From an uncultured beta proteobacterium (GTDB taxonomy: Bacteria; Pseudomonadota; Gammaproteobacteria; Burkholderiales; Burkholderiaceae_C), in assembly GCA_963722025.1 (NCBI GenBank), contig CAVRNE010000091.1:13406-77405 (forward strand): 64,000 nt of DNA. The letters run 5' to 3'. Every line of letters begins with the position of its first letter. Position 1 is the stretch's first letter. The position numbers were made by a program, and so were the translations under genes. Below the pieces are notes generated by a model, which saw nothing but the letters and a program-made list of their open reading frames with translations, searched no databases and was not told where the DNA came from. Below are positions 45,221-56,279 of the stretch, piece by piece.

Positions 45221-46131
45221 ATGAAACTCCCCGACAAAGTCAAACTGGTGGACGTAGGTCCGCGCGACGGCCTGCAGAACGAAAAAGAGCCGGTGCCGGC
45301 CGAGGTCAAGATCGGCCTGGTGCACCGCCTGCAGGACGCGGGGCTCAAGGAGATCGAGGTCACCAGCTTCGTCTCGCCCAAGTGGGTGCCGCAGATGGCC
45401 GACAACGCGCAGGTCATGGCCGGCATCCAGCGCAAGCCGGGCGTTCGCTACTCGGTGCTCACGCCCAACATGAAGGGCTTCGAGGCGGCGGTTGCCAGCA
45501 AGCCCGACGAGATCGTGGTGTTCGGCGCGGCCAGCGAAGCCTTCAGCCAGCGCAACATCAACTGCTCGATCGAAGAGAGCATCGAGCGCTTCGCTCCCGT
45601 GGTCGAGGCGGCCAAGGCCAAGGGCATCTACACGCGCGGTGCGATTTCATGCGCGGTGGGCTGCCCCTACGAGGGCGAGGTTTCGCCCGAACGCGTCGAA
45701 CTCGTGGCGCGCCTGATGAAGCAGATCGGCGTGCAGCACGTCGGCGTGGCCGACACCATCGGCGTCGGCACGCCGGTCAAGGTGCAGCGGGCACTGGAGG
45801 CCGCGCTCAAGCACTACGACCTGGACGACATCTCCGGCCACTTCCACGACACCTATGGACAGGCGCTGGGCAACACGCTGGCCTCGCTGGAAATGGGCGT
45901 GTGGCAGTACGACACCTCTTCCGCCGGCCTGGGCGGCTGCCCTTACGCCAAGGGCGCCACCGGCAACGTGGCCACCGAAGACGTGGTCTACATGCTGCAA
46001 GGCATGGGCATAGACACGGGCATCGACCTGGACAAGCTGATCGACGCGGGCAAGTACATCAGCGACTTCCTCCAGCGCAAGCCGAACTCGCGGGCGGCGA
46101 CGGCCATCCTGAACAAGAGGGCGGGTGATGA
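45221..46131 (+). CDS. liuE: hydroxymethylglutaryl-CoA lyase (stop shifted by an indel)
   Basis: DVGPRDGLQNE, HFHDTYGQAL, GLGGCPYAKGATGN. Confidence 0.94.
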
Positions 46132-46168
46132 GCGTGCAGCCACGAAGCTGGCAGCGTGGGGGCACGAT

Positions 46169-46676
46169 ATGTGCGGGGCTGAAGTTGCATTCGTTCCCGG
46201 AAGGCGTGCAGCGGGTCGCGCGTGCGCTGCAGGAAAAAGGCCATCCCCATTCGCCACAGATGCTCGACGACGCGGCCCGCACCGCGCAGCAGGCCGCCGA
46301 CGCGCTGGGCATTGCCGTGGGCCAGATCGCCAAGAGCATCATCTTCCGCCGCAAGTCCGATGACGCCGCGGTGCTGGTGATCACCTCCGGCGACCGGCGT
46401 GTCGACGAAAAGAAGGTCGATGCCCTGGTCGGCAAGACCGGCCGCGCCGACGCCGAGTTCGTGAAGAGCCGCACCGGCTACTCCATAGGCGGGGTGTCGC
46501 CGATCGCCCACGCCCAGCCGCCGGTCACCCTGATCGACCGCGAGCTGTTCCGCTTCGACGAGATCTGGGCCGCCGCGGGCCATCCGCACGGCGTGTTCAG
46601 GCTGCGGCCGCAGGACCTGGAGCGCCTGACCGGAGCGCCCGTGGCCGACGTGGTGCAGCGCACGGAAGGCGGTTGA
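46169..46676 (+). CDS. YbaK/EbsC family aminoacyl-tRNA deacylase-like protein (5' frameshift)
   Basis: TAQQAA, QIAKS, TGYSIGGVSP, WAAAG. Confidence 0.88.
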
Positions 46677-46909
46677 TGGCTGCCATTGACCTGTTGGCCG
46701 AGCGCGCCCGCCTGGTGCGCGCGGGCCTCGAGGGCGACGTGCCCTCGCCCTGCATTTCCGTATGCAAGCTGGACTCGGCGACGGAATTTTGCGAGGGCTG
46801 TTTTCGAACGCTCGACGAGATCGCGGCCTGGAGCCGGCTGGACGACGAATCCAAGCGCGCGGTCTGGCAGCTGATCGCGCAGCGACTGGAGCAAAAAAGA
46901 GCGGCATGA
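46676..46909 (+). CDS. DUF1289 family protein
   Basis: SPCISVC, C.GCFRTLDEI..W. Confidence 0.88.
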   Translation: MAAIDLLAERARLVRAGLEGDVPSPCISVCKLDSATEFCEGCFRTLDEIAAWSRLDDESKRAVWQLIAQRLEQKRAA

Positions 46910-47544
46910 AAGAGATCACCTTCTACCTGGACTTCGTTTCGCCCTACGCCTACCTGGCCTTCGAGAAGTTGCCGGAAGCCTTGCAAGGGTTGAGCTATGC
47001 CGTGGACTACAAGCCCGTGCTGTTCGCCGGCCTGCTCAAGCACCACGGCCAGCTAGGCCCCGCCGAGATCGGGCCCAAGCGCGACTGGACTTACCGCCAG
47101 GTGATCTGGCTGGGCCACAGCCTGGGCATTCCCCTGCAGATGCCGGCTGCGCATCCGTTCAACCCGCTGCCGTTGCTGCGGCTGGCGCTGGCCAGCGGCT
47201 CGCAAGGCACGGCCAATCGCTATGTCTGCGAAACGATCTTTCGCCATGTCTGGCGCGGTGGCGCTGATGCCGGCGACGCTCAGCGTCTGCAGGCGCTCAA
47301 GCAATCGCTCAGCCCGGCGCGCGATCCTGCCAGCGAAGAAGTGAAGGCCGAACTCAAGGGCAACACCGACGAGGCGATCGCGCGCGGCGTGTTCGGCGTG
47401 CCTACCTGCGCCGTGGACGGCAAGCTGTTCTGGGGCCTGGATGCCTTGCCCATGCTGCGCGCCTACCTCGAAGGCGATGCCTGGTTCAGCGGTGGCGATT
47501 GGGACGCTGCTGCCCAACTGCCCGGGCAGCAGCGCGCGAGATAA
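46906..47544 (+). CDS. 2-hydroxychromene-2-carboxylate isomerase / kappa-GST (DsbA-like) family protein
   Basis: FYLDFVSPYAYL, HPFN, GVFGVPT, FWG.D. Confidence 0.88.
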   Translation: MKEITFYLDFVSPYAYLAFEKLPEALQGLSYAVDYKPVLFAGLLKHHGQLGPAEIGPKRDWTYRQVIWLGHSLGIPLQMPAAHPFNPLPLLRLALASGSQGTANRYVCETIFRHVWRGGADAGDAQRLQALKQSLSPARDPASEEVKAELKGNTDEAIARGVFGVPTCAVDGKLFWGLDALPMLRAYLEGDAWFSGGDWDAAAQLPGQQRAR

Positions 47545-47551
47545 GCGATCA

Positions 47552-47615
47552 GTCATTGCGGGCTTGACCCGCAATCCATGGCGGCGATGGATGCCGGATC
47601 GAGTCCGGCATGACA
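47552..47615. repeat. full GTCAT...ATGACA palindromic repeat between convergent genes
   Basis: Left arm GTCATTGCGGGCTTGACCCGCAATCCATG identical to 19721. Confidence 0.85.
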
Positions 47616-47627
47616 GCCATTTGCGGG

Positions 47628-48128
47628 TCAGCTGACCTGCAGTTCGCGGTGCTCGCCGATCTTCGGCGGTTCCCCGGAAACGGCGGCGGTCGCGATCCGC
47701 AGCAGCTGCCGGGTCTTGCTTTCCTTGATGTTCCAGTACTCGGCGTGCTTGATCTCCACTTCGACCAGTTCCAGGTCGGGGTCCGCGGGCCCGCCCGGGA
47801 ACCAGGCCCTCTCCAGCGCGTTGAACAGGCGCTGCTTGGTGCCCAGGTCCTCGCTGATGCGCGCCTGGCCTGAGATAGAAACCCAGACGTCCTCCTTCAA
47901 GTCCCCATAGTTCACGCAGACGTTGCCGTCCGAACGCAGGCTCTGGCCGAGCTCGGTCTTCCTCGAAACGAAAAAGTACAGCGGCTCGCCAGGCTTGAGG
48001 GAGTGGTTCTGCGCGGTCAGAGGGTGCGAGCGGAGGCTGCCGTCCGGATGGCGGTGCGTCAGCATGGCATAGCGGATGGGCTTGATCAGCTTCCAGAGGC
48101 TGCGCTGGAATGTTTCGTCGTGGTTCAT
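47628..48128 (-). CDS. general stress protein, pyridoxamine 5'-phosphate oxidase-like
   Basis: LWKLIK, AMLT, SISG.A, AWFPGG..DP, AEYW. Confidence 0.85.
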   Translation of the reverse strand: MNHDETFQRSLWKLIKPIRYAMLTHRHPDGSLRSHPLTAQNHSLKPGEPLYFFVSRKTELGQSLRSDGNVCVNYGDLKEDVWVSISGQARISEDLGTKQRLFNALERAWFPGGPADPDLELVEVEIKHAEYWNIKESKTRQLLRIATAAVSGEPPKIGEHRELQVS

Positions 48129-48242
48129 GGCTTTCTTCCTGCGGCGGGATGAGGTCCGATGTTTGAAGCAGGACGGGCCGCAGGCCATCGGCTGCAGTCG
48201 CCGCCGGATGTGCGTTCCGGCTTACGCCGCGCAAGCAGCTCA

Positions 48243-48260
48243 TCGCGGGTTAACCCGCGA
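48243..48260. promoter_or_regulatory. 18-bp palindrome in a divergent promoter region
   Basis: TCGCGGGTTAACCCGCGA, with a partial second copy at 48296. Confidence 0.45.
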
Positions 48261-48436
48261 GATGTCGCGCTGCGCTTCGCATCGTGAAAAGAGCCTCGCG
48301 GGTTTCACCCTAAAGCGTCAGTCCGCGTTAAGTTTCATGAAAGGTGATGTTGGTTTCGCGTCAGAGCAGGGTCAGAGCCATATCCAAGAATTGGTTCACG
48401 TGTCCATTTCGGGCACTTCAACTCTGGAGACAAACC

Positions 48437-50102
48437 ATGGCATCGACTCATCCCGCACCGCGGCCGATGACGGCCGAAGAGAAGAAGGTGATTTTCGCCT
48501 CTTCGCTGGGCACCGTATTCGAGTGGTACGACTTTTACCTGTACGGTTCGCTCGCAGCCATCATTGCGAAGCAGTTCTTCTCCGGCCTCGATGCCGGCTC
48601 CGCCTTCATCTTCGCGCTGCTGGCTTTCGCCGCGGGCTTCATCGTCCGTCCTTTCGGCGCCATCTTCTTCGGCCGCCTGGGCGACATGATCGGCCGCAAG
48701 TACACCTTCCTGGTCACCATCCTGATCATGGGCCTGTCCACCTTCATCGTGGGCATCCTGCCGACCTACGCCAGCATCGGCGTGGCCGCACCGGTCATCC
48801 TGATCGCGCTGCGACTGCTGCAGGGCCTGGCGCTCGGCGGTGAGTACGGCGGCGCCGCCACCTACGTGGCCGAGCACTCGCCGCATGGCAAGCGCGGCGC
48901 GTACACGGCCTGGATCCAGACCACGGCGACGCTGGGCCTGTTCCTGTCGCTGATGGTGATCCTGGGCACCCGCACCGTGATCGGCGAGGCCGCCTTCGCC
49001 GACTGGGGCTGGCGCGTTCCGTTCATGCGTCTCCATCCTGCTGCTGGCCGTCTCGGTCTGGATCCGGCTGTCGATGAACGAATCTCCCGCCTTCCAGAAG
49101 ATGAAGGCCGAGGGCAAGACCTCCAAGGCGCCGCTGACCGAGTCCTTCGGCCAGTGGAAGAACCTGAAGATCGTGATCCTGGCGCTGATCGGCCTGACCG
49201 CCGGCCAGGCCGTGGTCTGGTACTCGGGCCAGTTCTACGCCCTGTTCTTCCTGACGCAAGCACTGAAGGTCGATGGCGCCACCGCCAACATCCTGGTGGC
49301 CATGTCGCTGCTGATCGGCACGCCGTTCTTCATCGTGTTCGGCGCGCTCTCGGACAAGATCGGCCGCAAGCCCATCATCATGGCCGGCTGCCTGCTGGCC
49401 GCGCTGACCTACTTCCCGGTGTTCGGCGCGCTGACCAAGGCCGCCAACCCCGACCTGGCCGCCGCGCAAGCCAAGAACAAGGTGGTCGTGACGGCCGACG
49501 CCGAACGAGTGCTCGTTCCAGTTCAACCCGACCGGCACCGTCAAGTTCACCAGCTCGTGCGACATCGCCAAGCAGGTGCTGGCCGGCGCTTCGGTGAGCT
49601 ATGAGAACGCCCCTGCCGCTGCCGGCACGCGCCGCCTCCATCAAGATCGGCGAGACCGTGATCCCCGGCTACACCGCCAAGGGCCTGACGCGCCGACGAA
49701 GCCAAGAAGAAGGACGGCGAGTTCAAGAAGGCCGTGGCCGATGCGCTGAAGGCCGCGGGCTACCCGACCAAGGCCGATCCGGCCAAGATCGACAAGTTCA
49801 TGGTCGTCGTGATCCTCACGTACCTCGTGATCCTGGTGACCATGGTCTACGGCCCGATCGCCGCCATGCTGGTGGAAATGTTCCCGACCCGCATCCGCTA
49901 CACCTCGATGAGCCTGCCCTACCACATCGGCAACGGCTGGTTCGGCGGCCTGCTGCCCACCACCGCCTTCGCCATCGTCGCGCAGACCGGCAACATGTAC
50001 AACGGCCTGTGGTACCCGATCATCATCGCCGCCGCGACCTTCGTCATCGGCACGCTGTTCATCAAGGAAACCAAGGACGTGGACATCTACGCCAAGGACT
50101 GA
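48437..50102 (+). CDS. MFS metabolite:H+ symporter (MHS family), several frameshifts
   Basis: SSLGTVFEWYDF, GRLGD.IGRK, GGEYGGA, FPTRIRYT. Confidence 0.92.
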
Positions 50103-50122
50103 TCACGGCAGATCAGTGCATG

Positions 50123-50150
50123 AAGGGCCTCGGGCAACCGGGGTCCTTTG
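50123..50150 (+). terminator. intrinsic terminator-like hairpin after the MFS gene
   Basis: AAGGGCCTCGG-GCAA-CCGGGGTCCTTT. Confidence 0.55.
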
Positions 50151-50178
50151 TAGATTGATCTAAATTCAGGAGACCATC

Positions 50179-50339
50179 ATGTGGAAGATCGCCGTTGGAT
50201 TTGTTGTATTTGCCGGCCTGGCGATGTTCGTGATCATGAAGGGCGGCGACAGCCTCGACATGGGCGGCGAGAAGCACGGCGCCGAAGCCGTGCACGCGCC
50301 GGCCGCGGCGCTTCGGGCGCCGCCCCCGCCAAGCCCTGA
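50179..50339 (+). CDS. small membrane protein (end approximate)
   Basis: RBS AGGAG; MWKIAVGFVVFAGLAMFVIMKGG TM helix. Confidence 0.65.
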
Positions 50340-50356
50340 GACCCGGGCGAAGCCCG

Positions 50357-50373
50357 CTCAGCGCTTGAACTTG
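50357..50373. repeat. 17-bp direct repeat, left copy
   Basis: CTCAGCGCTTGAACTTG identical to 55025-55041. Confidence 0.8.
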
Positions 50374-50561
50374 AACCGCCGCGGTCGCAGGTGGCCGCAT
50401 GGCGTCTCGCAACAGCTCGACATTGCAGCCTGCCCGGATAGAGTAATTGCGCATGCCTAGTAAGTGCTGGACTATGCAACAAGCGTGCAAACCGGGTAAA
50501 AAGGATGATCCCCCAAGGTTCCTCCGGGTGACTCGACCGCCGGTGGTGCTTACTACGAGAA

Positions 50562-53501
50562 ATGGACGTGCTCATCCCGAAGGACGTTTCCCCGGCCACG
50601 CTAGCAGACTTCGCATCGGAAGCCCTGCTCGAGGTCGACGAGGGGACTCGTGGTCCAGGCGAATGCCGCCGCGCGGCAGTTGTTTATGGGCTGCCCAGGC
50701 GACCGGTCGCTGGTGGGGCTGGAGTTGGCATCGATTTTTGAGCCGGTGCCCTCGCCTTCCGACAAGCCGCAGTGCTTGCGCGGACGTCGCCTGGACGGTG
50801 CGGGCATCGCTCTGCGCGCGTCGGTCGCCGCCGGGGAACGGCCGAACCGCATGTTCCTGCGGCTGTGCCGGGACCCATCGCATGACGAGGCAGCCGAATG
50901 GGCCGGCGCCGGGTTCGAGGCCGCGCAGGCGCGCATGGAACTGCTGGCGAGCGCGATGAACGGAAGCTCGGATTACATCGTGCTGGTCGACCGCGAGCGC
51001 ATGGCCCACATCGACGCGAACGAGGCCGCGACGGCCTTCCATGGAATCGACCGCGACTCGCTCTTGCGCGTCCCACCGTGGCAGATAAGCGGCCTGGACG
51101 GGCCTGAGCAGCTCGCCGCCGCCTACGACCGCATCATCGCTTCAGCGCCCATGTGGGACGAGGCGCTTCTGCCGCTCAAGCGCATGAGCGGAGGCGAGCC
51201 CGCGATATTCGAGGTCCGGCGCAAGGCGCTGCGCGTCGACGGGCGCTGGATCATCGTCGTCACGCCCGCGACGTGACCGAGCGGCTGCGCCAACAGGCCC
51301 GCATGGAGCGCTTCGCGACCGCGCTGGACCTGAGCGAGGACGCGGTCTTCCTCGTGGACCGCGAGACGATGTCGTTCCTCGACGTGAACGAGACCGCCTG
51401 CAGGCTGGTGGGCGTGCCGCGCGAGAAGCTGCTCAAGAGGCGTCCATACGACGACGACCTGCTGGGTCCCGGCCGCGCCGAACTTGAGGCGCAATACGAC
51501 CAGCTCATCGCCCGGTCGCCAGCCGCCGAGACCATGGAACGCGAGGTCCTCAGGGCGGACGGCGCCTGCAGGTACCCTGCGAACTGCGCAGGCAGGCGCT
51601 GCGCGCCTCGGACGGCCGCTGGGTGATCGTCGCCAACCTGCGGGACATCGCCGAACGCAAGAAGGCCACCGATCGGATGGAGTTGCTCGCCACCGCGATG
51701 GACTTCAGCGGCGATGGGTTCGCGCTGATCGACCGGGAGACGATGTCGTATCTCGCCGTGAATCGCACCACTTGCGAACGCGTGGGATACACGCGCGACG
51801 AGTTTCTCGCCCGCTCACCCGTCACGATCGTGGGCAAGAGCCTGGAGGAGCTCACCGCGCTCTATGACAACCTCATCGAGAACGCGCCGGCCAGCCAGTC
51901 CGATGAGACGGTGGTACTGCACCGCGACGGCAGCACGGCGTTGCGCGAAATCAACCGCCAGGCCATCCGCATTGGCGGCCGCTGGATCATCGTCACTAAC
52001 GCGCGGGACATCACAGCGCGCAAGGCCGCCCAGGCGCGCTCGGAACTGCTGGCCTACGCGATGAACAGCAGCTCCGACTACATCCTCCTGGTCGACCGCG
52101 AACGGATGGCTTACATCGATGCGAACGAAGCAGCCCTCGCCTTCCATGGTGTCGATCGCGAAACCTTGCTGAATGTGCAGCCCTGGAAGCTGGGTTCGGA
52201 TGCCGTGACGCGCGAAGAGATCGCCTCGATATACGACAGTGCGATCGCCATGGCGCCCGCCTCGCTCGAGACGGTCGAGCCGATCCGCCGACTCAACGGT
52301 GGACGCACGGCAACGTTCGAGGTGCGGCGCAAGGCCCTGTGGGTCGATGGCCGCTGGGTCATCCTGGTGACAGCCCGCGACGTGACTGAGCGGCTTCGGG
52401 AGCAGGCGCAGATCGAGCGGCTGGCCAGCGCCATCGAGATGAGCGAGGATGCGATCGCGATCACCGATCGGGAATCCATGACCTATCTGTACGTCAACCC
52501 CGCCATGAGCCGGCTGGTTGGCGTCCCTCGGGAGCAGCTGATTGGCGCGCGCCGGCCCCATACTGGAGGCGATGGCGCCGGTTTTCGACGAGGTGATCCG
52601 CCAGGCCCCGGCCATGCAGAAGACCGAGCGGGACGTGCGCCACGAAAGTGGCACTACGGTGCCCTGCGAGGTTCGCAGGCAGGCCCTCGTTTCCGAAGGC
52701 AGGTGGATCGTCGTCTCGAACCGACGCGACATCAGCGAGCGGCGGCGGGCCGAGGAAGATATCCGGCAGAAGGTCATCGAACTGATGCGCTCCAACCAGG
52801 AGCTCGAGCAGTTCGCTTACGTTATATCGCACGATCTTTCGGAGCCGCTGCGCATGGTCGCCAGTTATACGCAACTGCTCGAGCGCAGGTATTCCGACCA
52901 GTTCGACCAGGACGCGCGCGAATTCATGGGCTACATCGTCGGGGGAGCGCAGCGGATGAAGCAGCTGATCGACGACCTGTTGCTCTATTCGCGTGCCGGC
53001 CGCCTGAACGTCCAGATGAAGCCGTTGGCCCTGGACCGCGCCCTGGACGACGCGCTGGCCAACCTGGCCCACGCGATCAGCACCAGCGGCGCGACGATCG
53101 AGCGCGCGCCGCTACCGCGGATCGTCGCGGACAAGTCGGGAATGACGCAGGTATTCCAGAACCTCATCGGCAACGCCATCAAGTTCCGGGCGGGAAACAC
53201 CGTGCCGGTGGTGCGCGTCCAGGCGGAAGACGCCGGCACGGAGTGGCTCGTGTCGATCAGCGACAACGGCATCGGCATCGCGCCCGAACACTTCCAGCGC
53301 ATTTTCGTCATCTTCCAGCGTCTGCATGGTCGCAGCCGCTACGAGGGAACGGGCATCGGCCTGTCGATCTGCAAGAAGGTGATCGAAAGGCATGGCGGGC
53401 GCATCGAGGTGGCCTCCGAACCCGGCCAAGGCACCACGTTCCGCATCCACTTGCCCAAGGACCCTACGGAAGCGGCCGGAGACACACGGGACGGGATGTG
53501 A
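50562..53501 (+). CDS. cytoplasmic multi-PAS sensor histidine kinase (about 4 frameshifts)
   Basis: Five PAS/PAC repeats, then FAYVISHDL.EPLR, NLIGNAIKF, DNGIGI, GTGIGL. Confidence 0.9.
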
Positions 53502-53557
53502 CCGATCGGCTGCAGGACAGGGTCACGCATCGAACGAACGGGCCCGTCGCCCTCGCG

Positions 53558-54554
53558 TCAATCCATCTTGATGCCCAGGTCGACCGCGAGCTTGATCCAC
53601 ACCGGCACGTCGCGCTCCCAATCCTTGCGCGTCTCGGCCAGGTTCTTGGGCTTGTTCGGGATCGCGAAGCTTTCACGCAGCTTGGCCGCGCCGGGGGTGT
53701 TGGCCCAGTCCACCGCGGCACGCGACAGCGTCTGGAGCACTGCCTCCGGCGTGCCGCTGGGCGCCAGCAGCGGAAGACCGCCCTCGAGCGTCGACCAGCC
53801 GACCGTCGATGCCCTGCTCGACCAGCGTCGGAACGTCTGGGAGCTTGGGGCTGCGGTAGAAGCCCGTCACACCGATGGCGCGCACGCCGCGCGTCGACAC
53901 GGTGTTGAATGCCTGATAGCTGCCGATGGCGATCTGCAGTTGCCCGCCGGCCACGTCCACCCACATCGCTGCCTCGCCCCGGTAGTGGACCGGCTGAATC
54001 TGGGTGCCCTCGGCCCGGTTGGTCTGGTCCGCCACCATGTGCGGGTAAGAACCGGGAGCGTAGGTGCCCATCGAAGTCGGGTTCCTCTTCGCGTACTCGA
54101 TGAACTCCTTGAAGCTCCCTATGCCCAGCTTCTCGGGCACGCCGACTACCAGCGGGCCGGCCGGGAAGAAGGCGATGGGTGTCAGGTCCTTGTCCAAGTT
54201 GTACGGCAGCTTGCTGTACAGCACCCGGTTCTGCCACACCGTGCCCGAGGTCGTCATCAGGAGCGTGTGGCCGTCCGGCGGTGACTTGGCGACGAGATCG
54301 ATGGCGATGATGGCGCCGCCGCCCGGCTTGTTCTCCACCAGTACCTGCTGGCCCAGCTTGCCGCCGAGGAATTCGGCGTAATGGCGTGCGTAGGCGTCGG
54401 TCAGGCCGCCGGGAGGAAACGCGACAACAATGCGCACCGGTTTGTTGGGCCACTTGGGCGTCTGGCCCAGTGCAGCCGGTGCGAGCGCCGTGGCGCCGAG
54501 CGCGCCTGCAGCTCTCAGAAAGTCGCGGCGCTTCGCGCCTGTCGAAAGGTTCAT
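53558..54554 (-). CDS. Bug/TctC family receptor with Tat signal (frameshift near 53790)
   Basis: RRDFL, FPPGGLTD, ENKPGG, PDGHT, HYRGE. Confidence 0.88.
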
Positions 54555-54850
54555 GCCGGTCTCCTTGTAGCGCTCGCGCGTTCCGCCGAACCGAAGGGCC
54601 GCCACGGTGCAGAAAGCGACAAGCTCGCATGCCTCGGTCGGGAGTCTCGCACTGCACTAAAGAGCTGGCAAGCTGCGGTGTTCAATGTCCGCGTCTCTGA
54701 TTCGGCTGAACCAGAAATGGCCGGGCTCGCGGGTTCGGGAATGCGCCCGTCGTCCCGAGTAGCCGTCATATCGCCGGCAGTTCACGCCCAGCCGTGAGCT
54801 CGACGGCAATCGCATCGAGGCAAGGGCAGCGGGTGCCCCGTGCTTGCGTG

Positions 54851-54983
54851 CTGAAAACCTTGGGTGAGGACTACGTGCGGATGCCCTCGCCAAGGGCCTG
54901 CCGGAAAGCAAGGTGCTGCTGCGCCACGTCGTGCCATGCGACGCGCGAAGTTCAGCGACGGCACGCCGATCAAATCGGATGCC
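54851..54983 (+). pseudogene. fused remnants of an oligopeptide ABC permease and a substrate-binding protein
   Basis: LKTLGEDYVR..LAKGLPESKVLLRHVVP followed by AKFSDGTPIKSD. Confidence 0.6.
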
Positions 54984-55024
54984 ACCCGCATCGCCGCGCT
55001 GTTCTCACGGCCGCAGCCGAACCC

Positions 55025-55041
55025 CTCAGCGCTTGAACTTG
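55025..55041. repeat. 17-bp direct repeat, right copy (3' end of the SBP gene)
   Basis: Identical to 50357-50373; encodes KFKR-stop on the minus strand. Confidence 0.8.
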
Positions 55042-56141
55042 CCGTCGTTGCCGATGATGGACAGGTCGGCGAAACCCAGGCCCGTGTGGTCCTCGGGTGA
55101 ATAGCTCACTTCCAGCCCGCCCAGATCGAACTTGCGCATGCCCTCCAGGGCCAGCTGGATCTTTTCGCGCGAGGGCTTCGGGCCGGCGCGGCGCAACGAC
55201 TCCACGAGCACCTTGGCGGCCGCGAAGCCTTCCAGCATCGCCGGACTCACTTCGCCGGCGCCGCGAGCCTTGGCGAGTTCCTGGGCTTCCTTGACCAAGG
55301 GGAAGGCGATGGACCGCTCGTAGGGGAACACCTGGGCCACGATGACGCCGCGGGAGTTCTCTCCCAGGCTTTTCACGAAGCCGCCGGAAGCATTGTTGGA
55401 GAGCGTCACGATCTGGGCATTGGATCCGGCCGCGCGGAAAGCCTTCAGGCCATCCACCACCGCCTGGCCGGATGCAATCATCATCACGGCCTGGACATTG
55501 GTCTGGACGATCTTCGGGCTGATTGCGCTGAAATCGGGCTTGGCGCGGTTGAATTTTTCCACCACGCTGGGAGAAAGGCCTGCCGCCGCCATGCCTTTCT
55601 GTGCGCCGGCGAGGCCATCCGCCCCGAAACTGTCGTCCGCGAGCACGATGCCTATCCGGGTGATGCCCATGGACGCCAGGTGGGTGACCGCCTTCTCGGC
55701 TTCGCGCTGGTAGGTGGCGCGGACATTGAAGACATGCTTGAGCACGGGCTGGTGCAGCACCATCGCCCCGGTCGAGGGGCCGATCAGCGGAACCCCGTGC
55801 TTGTCCAGGATCGGGACGATGGCCTGGTTGTGCGGCGTGCCGCGCGTCAGGAACAGGGCCAGGACGTTCTTTTCCTCGACCAGCGTTCGTGCGTTTTCGG
55901 CCGCCAGCTTGGGATCGAACTTGTCGTCCAGCGATACCAGCTCGATCTTCTGTCCATGGACACCGCCGCGGCCATTGACCATTTCGATGTACAGCTTGGC
56001 CCCATCGGTGGTCTCCCCGACCCCGGCCGCCACCGCCCCGGAGAAACCCGCCGTCTGCCCGATCACGATCTGCGCGCCGGCGATGCCCGGGCACGCAGCC
56101 ACCATGAGTGCCAACGCACTCATCCAAACTGACTTCTTCAC
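55026..56141 (-). CDS. LivJ-type (branched-chain amino acid family) ABC substrate-binding protein
   Basis: Signal peptide, IGQT..FSG, GGVHGQKI, DD.FDP, RATY. Confidence 0.9.
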   Translation of the reverse strand: MKKSVWMSALALMVAACPGIAGAQIVIGQTAGFSGAVAAGVGETTDGAKLYIEMVNGRGGVHGQKIELVSLDDKFDPKLAAENARTLVEEKNVLALFLTRGTPHNQAIVPILDKHGVPLIGPSTGAMVLHQPVLKHVFNVRATYQREAEKAVTHLASMGITRIGIVLADDSFGADGLAGAQKGMAAAGLSPSVVEKFNRAKPDFSAISPKIVQTNVQAVMMIASGQAVVDGLKAFRAAGSNAQIVTLSNNASGGFVKSLGENSRGVIVAQVFPYERSIAFPLVKEAQELAKARGAGEVSPAMLEGFAAAKVLVESLRRAGPKPSREKIQLALEGMRKFDLGGLEVSYSPEDHTGLGFADLSIIGNDGKFKR

Positions 56142-56279
56142 GCTCTTCTCCTCTTATTACAGCTGCCCGAGTGTAGGGTGCAGCGGGGCCGCGGGCCAGT
56201 ACGGCGGAAGACCACATGACAGGCCCTGTCAGCCGCTCATCCCTAGAATGTTCGGCCACTTCAAGAAATGACCTTCCGT

